DNA of 64,000 bases from Planctomycetota bacterium. Lineage in GTDB: Bacteria > Planctomycetota > Phycisphaerae > WQYP01. The translations under genes and the position numbers were made by a program. Shown here in pieces: positions 1-11,565 of this stretch. Numbering within the stretch: the stretch's first letter is position 1; each line of letters starts with the position of its first letter. The notes under the pieces are model-generated. The model worked only from the letters and a program-made list of their open reading frames with translations. It did not search any database and was not told the DNA's origin. The stretch covers positions 25,488 through 89,487 of the forward strand of contig JAJYZF010000002.1 in NCBI GenBank assembly GCA_021800165.1, written 5' to 3'.

Positions 1-3000
1 CGGTTCGTCCAATCGTCCACTCAAGTCGCTCACGGATATGATCAAGGGAAAGCAGGGTCGTTTCCGCGAAAATCTGCTGGGTAAGCGGGTGGATTATTCC
101 GCCCGTTCGGTCATTGTGGTAGGTCCGGAACTGAAGATTCACCAGTGCGGTATGCCCAAAAAAATCGCCCTGGAATTGTTCCAGCCGTTTATTATCCGTA
201 AGCTCAAGGAATATGGTCTGGCTGACACGATCAAATCGGCCAAGAAGATGATTGAACGCCGGGATCAGGAAATCTGGGACATCCTGGAAGAGGTCATCAA
301 AGGTCACCCGGTGATGCTGAACCGGGCACCCACGTTACACCGCATGGGTATTCAGGCGTTTGAACCGGTATTAATTGAAGGCAACGCCATTAAGATTCAC
401 CCGCTGGTGTGCAAGGGCTTCAATGCCGATTTCGACGGCGACCAGATGGCGGTGCATCTGCCTTTGTCCATTGAAGCCCAGGCGGAGGCGCATGTGCTGA
501 TGTTGGCGACGCATAACATTTTCTCGCCGGCCAACGGTTCTCCGATCATCGGCCCATCGCAGGATATTGTCTTGGGAATTTACTATATCACCACCATGCG
601 CCGCGGAGAAGCGGGAGAGCGTCCGGAAGGTCGTGAACTGGCCTTCCGTGATTTCCATGAAGCGTGGTTGGCCTTTGATGAGCGGAAGATCGGCATGCAC
701 ACGCCCATTCGTGTGCGCATCAACCGTGATGCGGTCGTGAGCGGTCAAAATAAGGGGGCGGAGCCGGTGCCCGCCAATCGGTCGATTATCACCACGGTGG
801 GCCGTTGTTTGTTTAATGATATCCTGCCCGCGAAGATGCCGTTTTATAACTACGCTCTTTCCAGCAAGGGCGGCAGCCGCGTGATTGCCGATTGTTACCG
901 TATTTTGGGCCGGCCCGCCACCATCAATCTGCTTGATGATATGAAGGAGCTTGGTTTCAAACGGTCGACGCTTGCGGGCCTGAGCTTCGGTATCACCGAT
1001 CTGCGCATTCCCGGTCGTAAAGCCCAGATCATTGAGGATTCGCAGAAAAAAGCCGATCGGGTGGAAAAGAATCTGAACCTTGGAGCCATTACTGAACGCG
1101 AACGTTATAACCAGCTTCTGGACATCTGGGCGCACGCTCGTGAAGAAGTAACCAAGGACATGATGCAGGAGTTGGAACACGATACCCGTGACGCGAAAAA
1201 TACGCTCTTGCCGCCCAATGATTCCCGCGGCAAGCCCTACCTGAACCCGATATTTCTGATGGCTGATTCGGGTGCCCGTGGTAACGTAGACAACTTCCGG
1301 CAGTTGGCGGGTATGCGGGGGCTGATGAGCCGACCGTCGGGCGAAATCATGGAAACTCCCATTCGTACCAATTTCCGTGAAGGTCTTTCGGTGCTGGAAT
1401 ACTTCACCTCCACCCACGGTGCCCGTAAAGGTTTGGCGGATACCGCGTTGAAAACGGCGGATTCGGGTTATCTGACGCGCAAACTCGCCGACGTGGCCCA
1501 GAATGTGATTGTCAGCCAGCACGACTGCGGTACCCAAAATGGGATAAAAAAGAGTGCCATCTACAAGGGGGACCAGATTGACGTACCCCTGCGGGAAATC
1601 ATTATTGGTCGCTGCGCCGCTGATTCCTTGGTTAACCCCATCACCGATGAAGTGATCGTCAAGGAAGGTCAGATCATCACCGATGCGGTGGCCCGTAAAA
1701 TCGAAGACCTGAATATGGAAACCGTGCGGGTGCGCAGTCCGCTGACGTGCGAGGCCCCCACAGGTGTGTGCGCCTGCTGCTACGGCGTGGATTTGTCTAC
1801 CAATGCCCTGGTGGAAGAGGGCATGGCGGTGGGTATCATCGCGGCCCAGTCCATCGGAGAACCGGGCACGCAGCTTACCATGCGTACGTTTCATACCGGT
1901 GGTTCGGCCACACGTATTCTGGAGAAAAACGATGTGCGTTCCGGCGTGGCGGGCATCGTGGAATACCGTGACCTCAACGCGGTGGAGTCGCGCGATGCCG
2001 AAGGCAACAAGCACACGATGGTGCTTAAACGCAACGGCGAAATCCTGGTGCGGGACGCCAAAGGCCGCGAATTGGAAAAGTATAAAATCCCGTATGGTGC
2101 GGCCCTGCACGTGAAGGATGGTGAAAGTGTTCGAGCTGGTCAGCAGCTTTGTAGCTGGGATCAGCACCGGACGCCCATTCTGGCGGAAAAGGCTGGGGTC
2201 ATTAAATTTGAAGACATTCAGGAAGGTGAAACGGCCCGGGTGGAAAGCGAAGGTAAAGGTGGCAGCAAGCGCCTGGTCATCGTGGAACACCGCGGGGAAC
2301 GCCATCCGCGAATTGTAATTGAAGATCCCGATGACGGTAAAATTCTGGACTTCCACTATCTGCCGGCCAAGGCCCGTATCGACGTGGATGCCGGTCAGAA
2401 GGTGCAACCCGGTACATTGCTGGCCCGGCAGCCGCGGGAAATCAAAGGCACCTCCGATATTACCTCCGGTTTGCCGCGGGTGACGGAAATCTTTGAGGCT
2501 CGTAAGCCCAAGGATACGGCGATCATGGCGGAGATTTCCGGTACGGTGGAACTGCGCAACGACAAGCGTCGGGGCAAGATGACCATCATCATCCGGGGTG
2601 GCGGCGATGTGGAAAAGGATCATCATGTGCCGCAGGATCGACAGTTGCGTGTGCATACCGGCGATCAGGTGGAAGCGGGCGATCCTTTAATCGATGGTCC
2701 CATGGTACCGCATGATATTCTGCGCATCAGGGGTGAGGATGCCTTGCAGGAATATCTTATCACCGAGGTGCAAAATGTTTATCGCACGCAGAATCAGCGG
2801 ATCAGCGACAAGCACATCGAAGTGATTGTTTCGCAGATGCTGCACAAGGTTAAAGTTGAGAATCCGGGCGACACCGCGTTTCTGCCGGGCGAGGTGTTGG
2901 ATAAGTTTCGTTTCCGCCGCGGAAATGAAGCGGTGGCCAAACTGCATCGCGTGGAAGATCCGGGCGATAGCGAACTGGCTGTTGGGACGCTGCTTACCCG

Positions 3001-3481
3001 TGAGCAGGTCAAAGAGGTGGTCGCGACGGTTGAGGGCAAAGGTGGCAAGCCACCCAAAACCCGTCGAGCGCGGCCGGCCAACGCGAAAACTCTGCTCCTG
3101 GGTATTACCAAGGCCAGCCTGCAAAGTGAATCGTTTGTATCCGCGGCAAGCTTCCAGGAGACTACCAAGGTGCTTACCGAGGCGGCTTTGGCCGGTCGTG
3201 AAGACACCCTGCAAGGGTTGAAGGAAAATGTCATTCTCGGCCATTTGATTCCGGCCGGGACGGCTTTCCGGCAATATCAGAATCTGCAGATCTCGCACCT
3301 CGGCGAGCCTGTGCCGGAAACGGATATGGAAATTCCCATCATCAATCGGTTGCCGCTGGCAGAAGCCATGCGGGTAACAGGGGGTGCTGCCGCCGTTGCT
3401 GAATCCGCGGCCACCGAAACCGCCGCCACGGAGTCTTCCGCGGTTGTGGCCGAGCCGCCCAAGGAAACCGCCGGAGCCTGA
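1..3481 (+). CDS. rpoC: DNA-directed RNA polymerase subunit beta' (5'-truncated by the window edge)
   Basis: GKRVDYS, NRAPTLH, catalytic [44 protein letters not shown] and SAASFQETT motifs; the frame is open upstream of ATG 38 ([12 protein letters not shown]). Confidence 0.99.
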   Translation, partial: GSSNRPLKSLTDMIKGKQGRFRENLLGKRVDYSARSVIVVGPELKIHQCGMPKKIALELFQPFIIRKLKEYGLADTIKSAKKMIERRDQEIWDILEEVIKGHPVMLNRAPTLHRMGIQAFEPVLIEGNAIKIHPLVCKGFNADFDGDQMAVHLPLSIEAQAEAHVLMLATHNIFSPANGSPIIGPSQDIVLGIYYITTMRRGEAGERPEGRELAFRDFHEAWLAFDERKIGMHTPIRVRINRDAVVSGQNKGAEPVPANRSIITTVGRCLFNDILPAKMPFYNYALSSKGGSRVIADCYRILGRPATINLLDDMKELGFKRSTLAGLSFGITDLRIPGRKAQIIEDSQKKADRVEKNLNLGAITERERYNQLLDIWAHAREEVTKDMMQELEHDTRDAKNTLLPPNDSRGKPYLNPIFLMADSGARGNVDNFRQLAGMRGLMSRPSGEIMETPIRTNFREGLSVLEYFTSTHGARKGLADTALKTADSGYLTRKLADVAQNVIVSQHDCGTQNGIKKSAIYKGDQIDVPLREIIIGRCAADSLVNPITDEVIVKEGQIITDAVARKIEDLNMETVRVRSPLTCEAPTGVCACCYGVDLSTNALVEEGMAVGIIAAQSIGEPGTQLTMRTFHTGGSATRILEKNDVRSGVAGIVEYRDLNAVESRDAEGNKHTMVLKRNGEILVRDAKGRELEKYKIPYGAALHVKDGESVRAGQQLCSWDQHRTPILAEKAGVIKFEDIQEGETARVESEGKGGSKRLVIVEHRGERHPRIVIEDPDDGKILDFHYLPAKARIDVDAGQKVQPGTLLARQPREIKGTSDITSGLPRVTEIFEARKPKDTAIMAEISGTVELRNDKRRGKMTIIIRGGGDVEKDHHVPQDRQLRVHTGDQVEAGDPLIDGPMVPHDILRIRGEDALQEYLITEVQNVYRTQNQRISDKHIEVIVSQMLHKVKVENPGDTAFLPGEVLDKFRFRRGNEAVAKLHRVEDPGDSELAVGTLLTREQVKEVVATVEGKGGKPPKTRRARPANAKTLLLGITKASLQSESFVSAASFQETTKVLTEAALAGREDTLQGLKENVILGHLIPAGTAFRQYQNLQISHLGEPVPETDMEIPIINRLPLAEAMRVTGGAAAVAESAATETAATESSAVVAEPPKETAGA

Positions 3482-3508
3482 CGCGGGAAAATTCGTACGC
3501 CAAAGATC

Positions 3509-3550
3509 AAAGGGCCGATGTTGTTCTTTACAACACCGGCCCTTTTTTTT
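3509..3550 (+). terminator. Rho-independent terminator after rpoC
   Basis: Stem AAAGGGCCGATGTTG / CAACACCGGCCCTTT with a 7-nt loop, followed by a T-run, 28 nt after the rpoC stop. Confidence 0.85.
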
Positions 3551-3718
3551 ATCAATAGGCTGGCATTTTTTGGGGATGTGGTTGGATCGGGTGTGCCGCC
3601 ATCACCATCGGGGCGGGGTGCGCCAGGCGAACCGCTGCGTCAGTGCTGTGAAGGTTCGGTGCCGTTGGCCACTGGGATTCCTGATGTTGCGGCACCAGCC
3701 TGGATCATCAACAGCGCG

Positions 3719-3955
3719 ATGATGAAACCGACATGCAACGGGTTGGCGCTCTTGAAACGCATGGCCATACGCCAACGCCGGTTGTTGGTGTTCTGGCAGA
3801 ATGGGGGCGGGTCGGATTTACCCGCCGCACCAGAGCTTACGTACATGGTGGACGATTGTTATGGTGGTGGCGAGCGGGTTGTCCTTATCGGTCCTGTTGA
3901 AAAAATGATTGAGATGTTTCAGCGTCTGGATGAGCAAATGCCGATAGATTGTTGA
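3719..3955 (+). CDS. hypothetical small protein
   Basis: 78-aa ORF (MMKPTCNG...) ending 2 nt before the next probable start; no recognisable motif. Confidence 0.35.
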   Translation: MMKPTCNGLALLKRMAIRQRRLLVFWQNGGGSDLPAAPELTYMVDDCYGGGERVVLIGPVEKMIEMFQRLDEQMPIDC

Positions 3956-3957
3956 CC

Positions 3958-4638
3958 ATGATTAAGAGCAAGACTTATCCTCCTACAACCTGTGGCAGCG
4001 GCATGCCCGAAAGCCTGCATTTATCCGGTTTGCTTACCAGATATGATCCGGAAAGCTCAATCGGTGAATTATCAGACCGTCGGTCAGGGCGGTTGCGCGT
4101 GCAGGCTACCGCCACTTCAGTAACGGCGCATCGGCGTACAACGGTGCGCCCGTCGGCGCTGGTCGCCCCAGATCCGCTGGCCGAGTTGGGAATCCTTAGT
4201 GCGGAGATAAGTCGCGGGGGCATTGGCAGTTCGCGGTTGCCAGCCCATGGAAAGCGTGTACCCATGGGAGTGATTTCCGTGCTGGTTGTGGTTATAGCAA
4301 CCTTGGTGGTGGGCTTTGCGTGCCGTCGGCCGTTGGGCCATCTGCTGGTGTCCGGACCTGCACCTCTTGCTTACAAAACCGACACGCCCCGCGGGATTGC
4401 AGCACCTGCGCCGCGGCGGAAGCCGACATCCGGCCTGGCTGATTCGCAACAGCGGGGAAGGCAAGCACCTGTTTCAGCGGCTCCAACCCGCGCACTTTCA
4501 TCGCCCAAAGGCCGCCGTGGGCACCGGGTCGTCACTCACTTACCGGCCAAAACCGCAGACAACATCAGCGGTGGTTCGGAGACCTTCTCCAGTGATCCGC
4601 CCGGAGCTTTGTTCACGCATATTGGCACTGCGCAGTAA
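3958..4638 (+). CDS. hypothetical single-pass membrane protein
   Basis: One hydrophobic helix (VISVLVVVIATLVVGFAC) between low-complexity S/P/R-rich regions. Confidence 0.45.
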   Translation: MIKSKTYPPTTCGSGMPESLHLSGLLTRYDPESSIGELSDRRSGRLRVQATATSVTAHRRTTVRPSALVAPDPLAELGILSAEISRGGIGSSRLPAHGKRVPMGVISVLVVVIATLVVGFACRRPLGHLLVSGPAPLAYKTDTPRGIAAPAPRRKPTSGLADSQQRGRQAPVSAAPTRALSSPKGRRGHRVVTHLPAKTADNISGGSETFSSDPPGALFTHIGTAQ

Positions 4639-4814
4639 GCCGTTGGGGCAAAACCCGTGGGATTGTTCCCTGTACTCTGGGCGGGAAAGGCTGATTTTCA
4701 GTTGCAGTTCGCTGTTGGTACGTACACCATGAACGACGTGGCCTGAAGTCAAAAGTGTGGCGGAATGATGGTAAAGGCCCGTGGCTGCAAACCGCGGCCC
4801 ATGTTGTGACTATC

Positions 4815-5546
4815 TTAGGATAGCGGGGAGCTTTCTTTGTGCCGGGGCAGGTTGTTGGGCAGGGCCGTTCTGAATTGATCCACCACCGCCATTTTTACCT
4901 GAGCCATGGTTGGCGTATGCCGGCCGAGTAATACCGTCAGTGAAGTTACCGGACGACCCAGGCCACAGGGATTGATGAGGTCAAAAAATGAAAGGTCGGT
5001 GGTGATGTTCAAGGCCAGACCATGCAAGCTGACCCAGCGCCGGAGCTTTATACCCATGGCACAAATCTTTGCCGGTGCCGAGGTGCCCGCACCGGCGACC
5101 CAAACGCCGGTGGCTCCGGGGCTGCGCAGGCCGGTGACGGAGAATCGTGCCAACACCTCAATAACCACTTGTTCCAACAGCCGCATGTAATCGTGCAGTT
5201 TGAGATTGTAGGTGTTAAGTGGAATGATTGGGTACACGACAAGCTGCCCCGGCCCATGAAAGGTAATATCTCCGCCACGGTCGGTTTCCAGCACTTCCAC
5301 GTGCCGGGCGCTAAGCGTGGCGGGGGAGGCCAAGAGATGGCGGCGAGCATCCGGATGGCGACCGATGGTAATGGTGGGTGGATGTTCAACGAGTATCAGG
5401 ATCCCGGCGGGGAATTCACCCGAGAGAACGCGCTGGTGTAAAGCCAACTGCATATCCCAAGCCGCCAGATAGCCCATAATGCCCACATCAAGGGTGGCGA
5501 TGGTCGCGTTATGGCCTTTGGAAAGATTGGCAATAGCGGTATTCAT
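4815..5546 (-). CDS. lipB: lipoyl(octanoyl) transferase
   Basis: EHPPTITIG, DRGGDITFHGPGQLVVYPI, KICAMG, HGLALN and INPCG motifs; start overlaps the lon stop. Confidence 0.96.
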   Translation of the reverse strand: MNTAIANLSKGHNATIATLDVGIMGYLAAWDMQLALHQRVLSGEFPAGILILVEHPPTITIGRHPDARRHLLASPATLSARHVEVLETDRGGDITFHGPGQLVVYPIIPLNTYNLKLHDYMRLLEQVVIEVLARFSVTGLRSPGATGVWVAGAGTSAPAKICAMGIKLRRWVSLHGLALNITTDLSFFDLINPCGLGRPVTSLTVLLGRHTPTMAQVKMAVVDQFRTALPNNLPRHKESSPLS

Positions 5547-8434
5547 GGGTGGATTTCCATGCTTCGTGAGTGGGTGGGGCGGCCACGGGAAGGAGCTAGC
5601 CGCACCTGTGGCTGACGGACCAACGCCTTTTTTCGCGGGCTGATTTTCAGATGGGGGGTGTCAGCCAAGCTAAACGCTTGGCGCAATACTTCGTCCACAT
5701 TTTCCACAAATACAAAGGATACATCCTTGCGGACTTGTGTGCTGACTTCATCAATATGTTTGCGATTGCGTTGGGGCAAAATCACGCGGCGGATGCCGGC
5801 ACGCTGGGCGGCGATAACTTTTTCCTTCACCCCACCGATAGGCAACACCAGCCCCCGCAGGGTTATTTCACCGGTCATGGCCAGATCAGGTCGCACCGGC
5901 CGATTCAAAAACAGTGAAGCCAACGCAGTATACATAGCCACCCCTGCGGAGGGGCCGTCCTTGGGCACCGCGCCAGCCGGCACGTGGATATGCACATCGG
6001 TTTGACTGAAGGATGTGGCGTCAAGATGAAGTTTTTGCGCATTGCTTTTGAGAAGTGAATAAGCCGCCTGGGCCGATTCACGCATGACCTCACCGATTTG
6101 GCCGGTGAGTTTTAATCGTCCCTTGCCGGGCATGCGGGTGGCTTCCACAAATAAAATATCGCCGCCAAATGGCGTGTACGCCAAACCTGTGGCCACGCCG
6201 GGCGTGGCGGTGCGCAGCGCCACCTCGGATTCAAACATGGGCGGTCCGAGAAACTGTGGTAAATCGGCGGGTTTCACGGTGATGCGCGGAGCCTTTTTCA
6301 AGGCCGTGCGAATGACTTGCGAAAAATTATCTACAGTCGCGGGCCTGGTGGTCTGGCCGGTTTTGTTGTCAGGCTTGTCCGACGGAGTACCGGTGCCGAC
6401 ATCAGGGGAGGGGGCGGATTTTGCCGCCGCTTTATTTTGGGCCGTACCGCGTGCGGCCGGAGATGGAATGGTTTCGGCCAGCCGGGCCGCGATTCCGCGT
6501 GCGACGGATCCGATGGCCCGTTCCAGACTGCGCACACCCGCCTCACGGGTGTATTGGTCAATAATGATTGCCAGTGTGGGCAGGGGAATGGAGCACTGCC
6601 GAGCGGTGATGCCATTCTCCGCGAGTTGCCGCGGCACCAGGTATTTGCGGGCAATGAGAAGTTTATCTTTTTGGGTATAACCGGGAATTTCGATGATTTC
6701 CATGCGATCTTTCAGCGCGGGTGGAACCGGTTCCATATAGTTGGCGGTGCAGATAAAAATAGTGCGGCTCAAATCGAACGGAACGCCCAGGTAATGATCC
6801 TCAAATGTGGCGTTCTGTTGCGGATCGAGCACTTCCAGCAATGCGGCCGCGGGATCTCCACGAAAATCAGCACCGAGCTTGTCAATTTCATCGAGCATCA
6901 TCACTGGATTGTTGGCTCCACATTTGCGCAACTCCTGGAGTATCCGGCCCGGCATAGCGCCGATATACGTGCGACGATGACCACGGATATCCGCTTCATC
7001 GCGCACCCCTCCCAGGCTCATACGCACAAATTTTCGTCCCAGGGACTCGGCAATCGATTTTCCCAGACTGGTTTTACCGACTCCGGGCGGGCCTAAAAAG
7101 CAAAGTATTGGACCGTGTCCCTTCGGATTGAGTTTTCTTACCGCCAGAAATTCCACGATACGCTTTTTGATTTTTTCAAGGTCGTAATGGTCCCGATCCA
7201 AAATGGCTTTGGCCCGCTGAATATCGAGCTTATCAGCGGTGGACACAGACCATGGCAACTCCGCCACCGTCTCGAGAAATGAGCGTATAACCCCAAATTC
7301 CGGCGAGGCTTGCGGAATATTGGCCAGGCGGGAAAGCTCGCGATCGGTCTCCTTTTTTACTATGTCCGGCACCCGGGCGGCGTCGATGCGTTTGCGTAAA
7401 TCCGCCACTTCCTCAGACTGGTCTTCCTCTCCGCCAAGTTCCTTTTGAATGGCCTTAAGCTGCTCCTGGAGAAAATATTTGCGCTGGGTTTTGTCGATAC
7501 TGGATCGGACCTGTTTTTGAATGGTCTCCTGCAACTCCAGCAGTTCAATACGGGTGGCCAGTTTTTCGCGGACCCGTTCCAGCCGCTTGGTCACGTCCGC
7601 TTCCTCCAGCAGCGATTGTTTTTCCACCACGGATTCGTTGAGATTGGCGGCTAAAAAGTCCGCCAGTGTTCCCGGCGCTTCTATTTCATTTAAAATCCCG
7701 TTGGCTTCATCAGGGATATTCGGAGAAAGCTCAATCATCCGTTGTGCGGCCTGACGAACGCTTTGCACCAGCATCAGAAATTCCGCCGTCGGTTTTTCCG
7801 GCGTGGTATCGGCCAGAGGCTCTACCCGGGCTTTCAAATAAGGTTCCGTCTGCACCACTTCCAGGATGCGAAAACGCATCAGTCCATGGACGACGATACT
7901 TTGTTGGCCTTCGGGGTGGCGCACCATTTTGACCACCACCGAAACGGTACCCATGGAATACAGGTCAGAGGCTTGCGGATCTTCCACGCTGTCATTTTTT
8001 TGTGTGACAACCCCCAGCGTTTTGTCCGCCGGCATGACCACATCCAGCACGCGTCGACTTTTATCGCGGCCGATGGACAGCGGTATGACCGCCCCTGGAA
8101 AAGCCACCGCATCGCGCACCGGCAGGATGGGGAGAATCTCAGGTATTCGCACCTGGTGGACCAACGGGCCAGCGACACCGGCGGTATGGACCGGCGTGGA
8201 TTGGCTTGACGCTTCCGCGGGCTTGGACGCAGGATCGGATGCTGGAACCGGCTCTTTCTTAACAGTTGCTGGAGCATTTTCGTTGCGGCCTTGTGGCGGT
8301 CCAGCAGCGGTTTGATCCGAAGCCGAAGGGGCTTGGGCCTGGTCCGACGGTGGTGCGGGTTGGTCCGCATGGTCCGGGCCGGCTTCCGAAACAGGCTGGG
8401 AAGAATTCTCTGAATCTGACGGGTTCTTTGGCAA
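5543..8434 (-). CDS. lon: ATP-dependent Lon protease
   Basis: LON N-domain, Walker [22 protein letters not shown], Walker B MLDEIDK, catalytic PKDGPSAG and GGVKEK; TTG start. Confidence 0.98.
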   Translation of the reverse strand: MPKNPSDSENSSQPVSEAGPDHADQPAPPSDQAQAPSASDQTAAGPPQGRNENAPATVKKEPVPASDPASKPAEASSQSTPVHTAGVAGPLVHQVRIPEILPILPVRDAVAFPGAVIPLSIGRDKSRRVLDVVMPADKTLGVVTQKNDSVEDPQASDLYSMGTVSVVVKMVRHPEGQQSIVVHGLMRFRILEVVQTEPYLKARVEPLADTTPEKPTAEFLMLVQSVRQAAQRMIELSPNIPDEANGILNEIEAPGTLADFLAANLNESVVEKQSLLEEADVTKRLERVREKLATRIELLELQETIQKQVRSSIDKTQRKYFLQEQLKAIQKELGGEEDQSEEVADLRKRIDAARVPDIVKKETDRELSRLANIPQASPEFGVIRSFLETVAELPWSVSTADKLDIQRAKAILDRDHYDLEKIKKRIVEFLAVRKLNPKGHGPILCFLGPPGVGKTSLGKSIAESLGRKFVRMSLGGVRDEADIRGHRRTYIGAMPGRILQELRKCGANNPVMMLDEIDKLGADFRGDPAAALLEVLDPQQNATFEDHYLGVPFDLSRTIFICTANYMEPVPPALKDRMEIIEIPGYTQKDKLLIARKYLVPRQLAENGITARQCSIPLPTLAIIIDQYTREAGVRSLERAIGSVARGIAARLAETIPSPAARGTAQNKAAAKSAPSPDVGTGTPSDKPDNKTGQTTRPATVDNFSQVIRTALKKAPRITVKPADLPQFLGPPMFESEVALRTATPGVATGLAYTPFGGDILFVEATRMPGKGRLKLTGQIGEVMRESAQAAYSLLKSNAQKLHLDATSFSQTDVHIHVPAGAVPKDGPSAGVAMYTALASLFLNRPVRPDLAMTGEITLRGLVLPIGGVKEKVIAAQRAGIRRVILPQRNRKHIDEVSTQVRKDVSFVFVENVDEVLRQAFSLADTPHLKISPRKKALVRQPQVRLAPSRGRPTHSRSMEIHP

Positions 8435-8532
8435 TTTTTAAATCCTGAAAAGGTCATGACGTTGGCCGGCAATTATTTGCCATGCTCGCTGCCGGGGTAC
8501 CTGAGAATTTTCAGGTAGGTCCGGCGTGGTGG

Positions 8533-8985
8533 CTAGAGTTTGTGTTTTCGGCCTTGCTGCACGCCAGCTCCGGAAGCTTTGGGCAGTGTTATCCAAAGCA
8601 GCCCGGTGTCGTAATGAGCCGAAATGGCTTTTTCGTCCACATTGGACGGCATCTCCAGATTGCGGCTGAAGCTGCCATGATCTATTTCCATCAGGTGTAC
8701 GGCCACGGCGCGATCGTGTGCCGAGGGCATGGGGCACGCTCGTCGGCCCCGGATGATCAATTGATTTTTATCGACGCGCACCTCAATATCGCTTTTATCC
8801 ATGCCCGCAAGGTCTACACATACTAGAAATGCCAGACGGCTTTCATACAAGTTCACATCGGGTCGCCAGGATTCTGTTGTCCAAAAGCCGAAGAAACTTC
8901 GACTCAGAACCGTATCAGTTATAGCGCCTCCGGGCCGCGAAAATAGATCCGACTCCTGTGAGCTGGCCACCACTATTTCAACCAT
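8533..8985 (-). CDS. Hsp20/alpha-crystallin small heat shock protein
   Basis: PDVNLYE, VDLAGM, EIDHGSFSR and AHYDTGLLWITLPK alpha-crystallin signature; directly upstream of lon. Confidence 0.92.
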   Translation of the reverse strand: MVEIVVASSQESDLFSRPGGAITDTVLSRSFFGFWTTESWRPDVNLYESRLAFLVCVDLAGMDKSDIEVRVDKNQLIIRGRRACPMPSAHDRAVAVHLMEIDHGSFSRNLEMPSNVDEKAISAHYDTGLLWITLPKASGAGVQQGRKHKL

Positions 8986-9297
8986 GGTCTGACTCCGCTT
9001 TCTGACTCAAGACGACACCCTTATCATAGCCGCCACATCATGATTTTATTCGCAAATGCCGGTTTAAGCCAAATGGTTGGCCTGGCCTCGGGGTGGGTAC
9101 GAGTGGTTGGGGCCATTTTGAGGGCGATACCGCCGGGATGGAATATCTCTATCGTCAACGCGACAGCGCTGGCGATGCGGGGGAATTGCGACGGAGAATG
9201 CGCTGGGCGAGGTCAAGCTATGGTTGCAATCAAGAATGCAAGCGTATAATGATTGTGTTCATCGGCGGGTGGTGCATCGGTCATTTGGAGTTCACTT

Positions 9298-10083
9298 ATG
9301 GCGGCAATTATTCACGTCACGGTTTGGAATGAATTCAGGCATGAAAAAACAAATCCTAAGGTGAAGGAAATTTATCCGCATGGCATGCATGTGGCCATTG
9401 CCGAGGCGCTGCGCAAGGCTGGCGGCATAACCGCTGGTACCGCCACGCTGGACGAACCGGAACATGGTCTTACGTCGGCCGTATTGGAAAAAACGGATGT
9501 GCTGATATGGTGGGGGCATGCCGCCCATGATCAGGTTCAAGATGAAATTGTGGCTCGTGTCCACAAACGTGTGCTGGAAGGTATGGGGCTGGTAGTGTTG
9601 CATTCCGGGCATTATTCCAAGATTTTCAAACGCTTAATGGGAACCACGTGCAGCCTGACCTGGCGCGAGGCCGGCGAAAGAGAACGACTTTGGGTGTGCA
9701 ACCCTGGGCATCCGATTGTGCAGGGAATTGACCGCTATTTTGAGCTGGAAAACGAAGAAATGTACGGTGAGCCATTTGGTATTGCCGATCCGGATGAAAC
9801 GATCTTCGTTTCCTGGTTTCAGGGGGGCGAAGTTTTTCGTAGCGGCTGCACGTTTCACCGCGGCAATGGCAAGATTTTCTATTTTCGGCCCGGCCACGAA
9901 ATGTACCCCACCTATCACAGCCCGCAGGTGCAGCGGGTGTTGGCCAATGCGGTTCACTGGGCGGCCCCAAGCGGTGGTCGCTGGATAGATGCCTGTCCCA
10001 ATGTGCCGATCGAAAAAGCACCGGAAAAGATCACTGCCAGGGGGGCTACATTGCATAAACCCGGCGAACAGGGATTTCGGTAA
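9298..10083 (+). CDS. ThuA family (trehalose utilisation) protein
   Basis: [42 protein letters not shown] and YFRPGHE; RBS GGAG before ATG 9298. Confidence 0.92.
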   Translation: MAAIIHVTVWNEFRHEKTNPKVKEIYPHGMHVAIAEALRKAGGITAGTATLDEPEHGLTSAVLEKTDVLIWWGHAAHDQVQDEIVARVHKRVLEGMGLVVLHSGHYSKIFKRLMGTTCSLTWREAGERERLWVCNPGHPIVQGIDRYFELENEEMYGEPFGIADPDETIFVSWFQGGEVFRSGCTFHRGNGKIFYFRPGHEMYPTYHSPQVQRVLANAVHWAAPSGGRWIDACPNVPIEKAPEKITARGATLHKPGEQGFR

Positions 10084-10151
10084 GCGTTGCGTCCGGCCCA
10101 TGGCGGTGGCACAGCCCTCACGATACCGGTCCCGGCAAGCGATGATCGACG

Positions 10152-11402
10152 TTACAAGGGAGCGGGCAGTGCGACGGGTCGGCGAATCAGATAAATCCAG
10201 TAAGCCAGCCCGATGATGAGCATCGGCACGCTGTAGATGACTCCCAGGCTAATCCAGTGTCCGAAGATCAACTTCGGCTGGTCGCCTTGACGGAATTGTT
10301 CTCCGATAATGCGCATGATGGGATAAAAGACCGCAAAGGCCCCGCTGGCCATACCGGCCTTGCGCCAATTGCGACCGATGAACCAGCAGATGAGGAAAAG
10401 CACCAGACCTTCAAAAAAAGCCTCAATGAGTTGGGACGGAATCCGCGGTTCGAGAATGTGGCGCAGTTGGGTGATGACCATGGTATTGCCTTGGCGGGCC
10501 AGGTGGATAATTTGGAGGCGGGCGGAAAAGGGCAGTGGTCCGTGGAAATTTGGATGCAGGCTTTGCCACAGGTGGCGGACGTTGACGTTGAGTTGTATTT
10601 GCCGCAGAAAATCGGGCACCTGGCGCAGTTGGTGCTGTAAAAACGGATATTTACCGGTTTTAGCCAGCCGCACAATTTCGGCTTGCGGATGTATGGCCAG
10701 CGCTTGCATGAGGTTGGGATGATGGGCCTGCAGGTGCCGGGTTAGAAAAGTGACCATACCGGCGACAGGATTGTGCTCCATAAATTGGGCCAGATGGGGG
10801 TGAGTGCTGGTCAGTTTGCCGGCCAGATGACGGATGCGTGCATCCAGCGGTTGCGACTGATAGATCAATTCTGTGGGGAACTGTACCGCCAGGCGGGAAT
10901 GCCACACATGGCCGTAGAGTTCACCGTTAATGAAGTTGGCCAAGCGTCCAAAACCGATGCCAATAGGGGCAACCATGGCACCGGCGTCGATGAGGTTGAG
11001 GAAACTGCTCTTGTGGCGGCGGGCGAAAATAAAGGTGGCTACAAAAACGCCGATGATGCCGCCATGGGCAGACATTCCCCCATCCTGCACCATCAGCAGG
11101 CTCCAATAGGGAAAGTGGTGCGTAAAGGTGGTGAACATGCCGGGACGATAGAGGGCGGCCTCTCCGAGTCGGCCCCCGATGACCACTCCAAAAATAGCGA
11201 CAAACAACACAAAATCGGGCAATTTGGCCGCGGGTAAATGTAGTTGGTGATCCTTGATAAGTTTTTTGAGGATAAAGTAGGCCAAGATGAAACCGGTCAG
11301 GTATGCGGTACCGTACCAGCGAATACCAAACCCGGAATGACCCCACTGCCAGATAAAGGGGCTTAGTGTCTGGATGTAGTAGGCAAGAATCAAAATCGGC
11401 AA
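10152..11402 (-). CDS. lgt: prolipoprotein diacylglyceryl transferase with a large insertion
   Basis: IRWYG, GGRLG, GGMSAHGG, GRLANFINGELYG, PSQLIEA and R..GEQFR motifs. Confidence 0.93.
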   Translation of the reverse strand: MPILILAYYIQTLSPFIWQWGHSGFGIRWYGTAYLTGFILAYFILKKLIKDHQLHLPAAKLPDFVLFVAIFGVVIGGRLGEAALYRPGMFTTFTHHFPYWSLLMVQDGGMSAHGGIIGVFVATFIFARRHKSSFLNLIDAGAMVAPIGIGFGRLANFINGELYGHVWHSRLAVQFPTELIYQSQPLDARIRHLAGKLTSTHPHLAQFMEHNPVAGMVTFLTRHLQAHHPNLMQALAIHPQAEIVRLAKTGKYPFLQHQLRQVPDFLRQIQLNVNVRHLWQSLHPNFHGPLPFSARLQIIHLARQGNTMVITQLRHILEPRIPSQLIEAFFEGLVLFLICWFIGRNWRKAGMASGAFAVFYPIMRIIGEQFRQGDQPKLIFGHWISLGVIYSVPMLIIGLAYWIYLIRRPVALPAPL

Positions 11403-11565
11403 AACTCCATCATGGTGGCCGCTTTCAACCGGGCTTCATCGTTGCCTGGATGCGGCACCGGCCTTGGTTGGCGGAAAGCTTTCCACGGCAAGGCAGGATA
11501 GTCGGTTTAAGCGCGCGGAACAAGGGCTCGTACTCTCTGGTAAAGCACCTGTGTCTGGCCGGGAT

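Noticed and set aside
371-2656. 761-aa antisense ORF inside rpoC, and similar long shadow ORFs opposite other genes
   Set aside because: Mirror frames of GC-rich coding sequence; no motifs, and fully overlapped by well-supported genes.
2850-3080. Duplicated motif in RpoC ([14 protein letters not shown] / [14 protein letters not shown])
   Set aside because: Resembles a lineage-specific beta' insertion that I recall from PVC and related phyla; useful for taxonomy, not novel, and not an intein (no C/S...HN ends).
8986-9297. Possible CIRCE or other heat-shock operator upstream of hsp20-lon; TTGCAA/TATAAT upstream of thuA
   Set aside because: No TTAGCACTC-N9-GAGTGCTAA is present; the promoter-like pair has only a 15-nt spacer.
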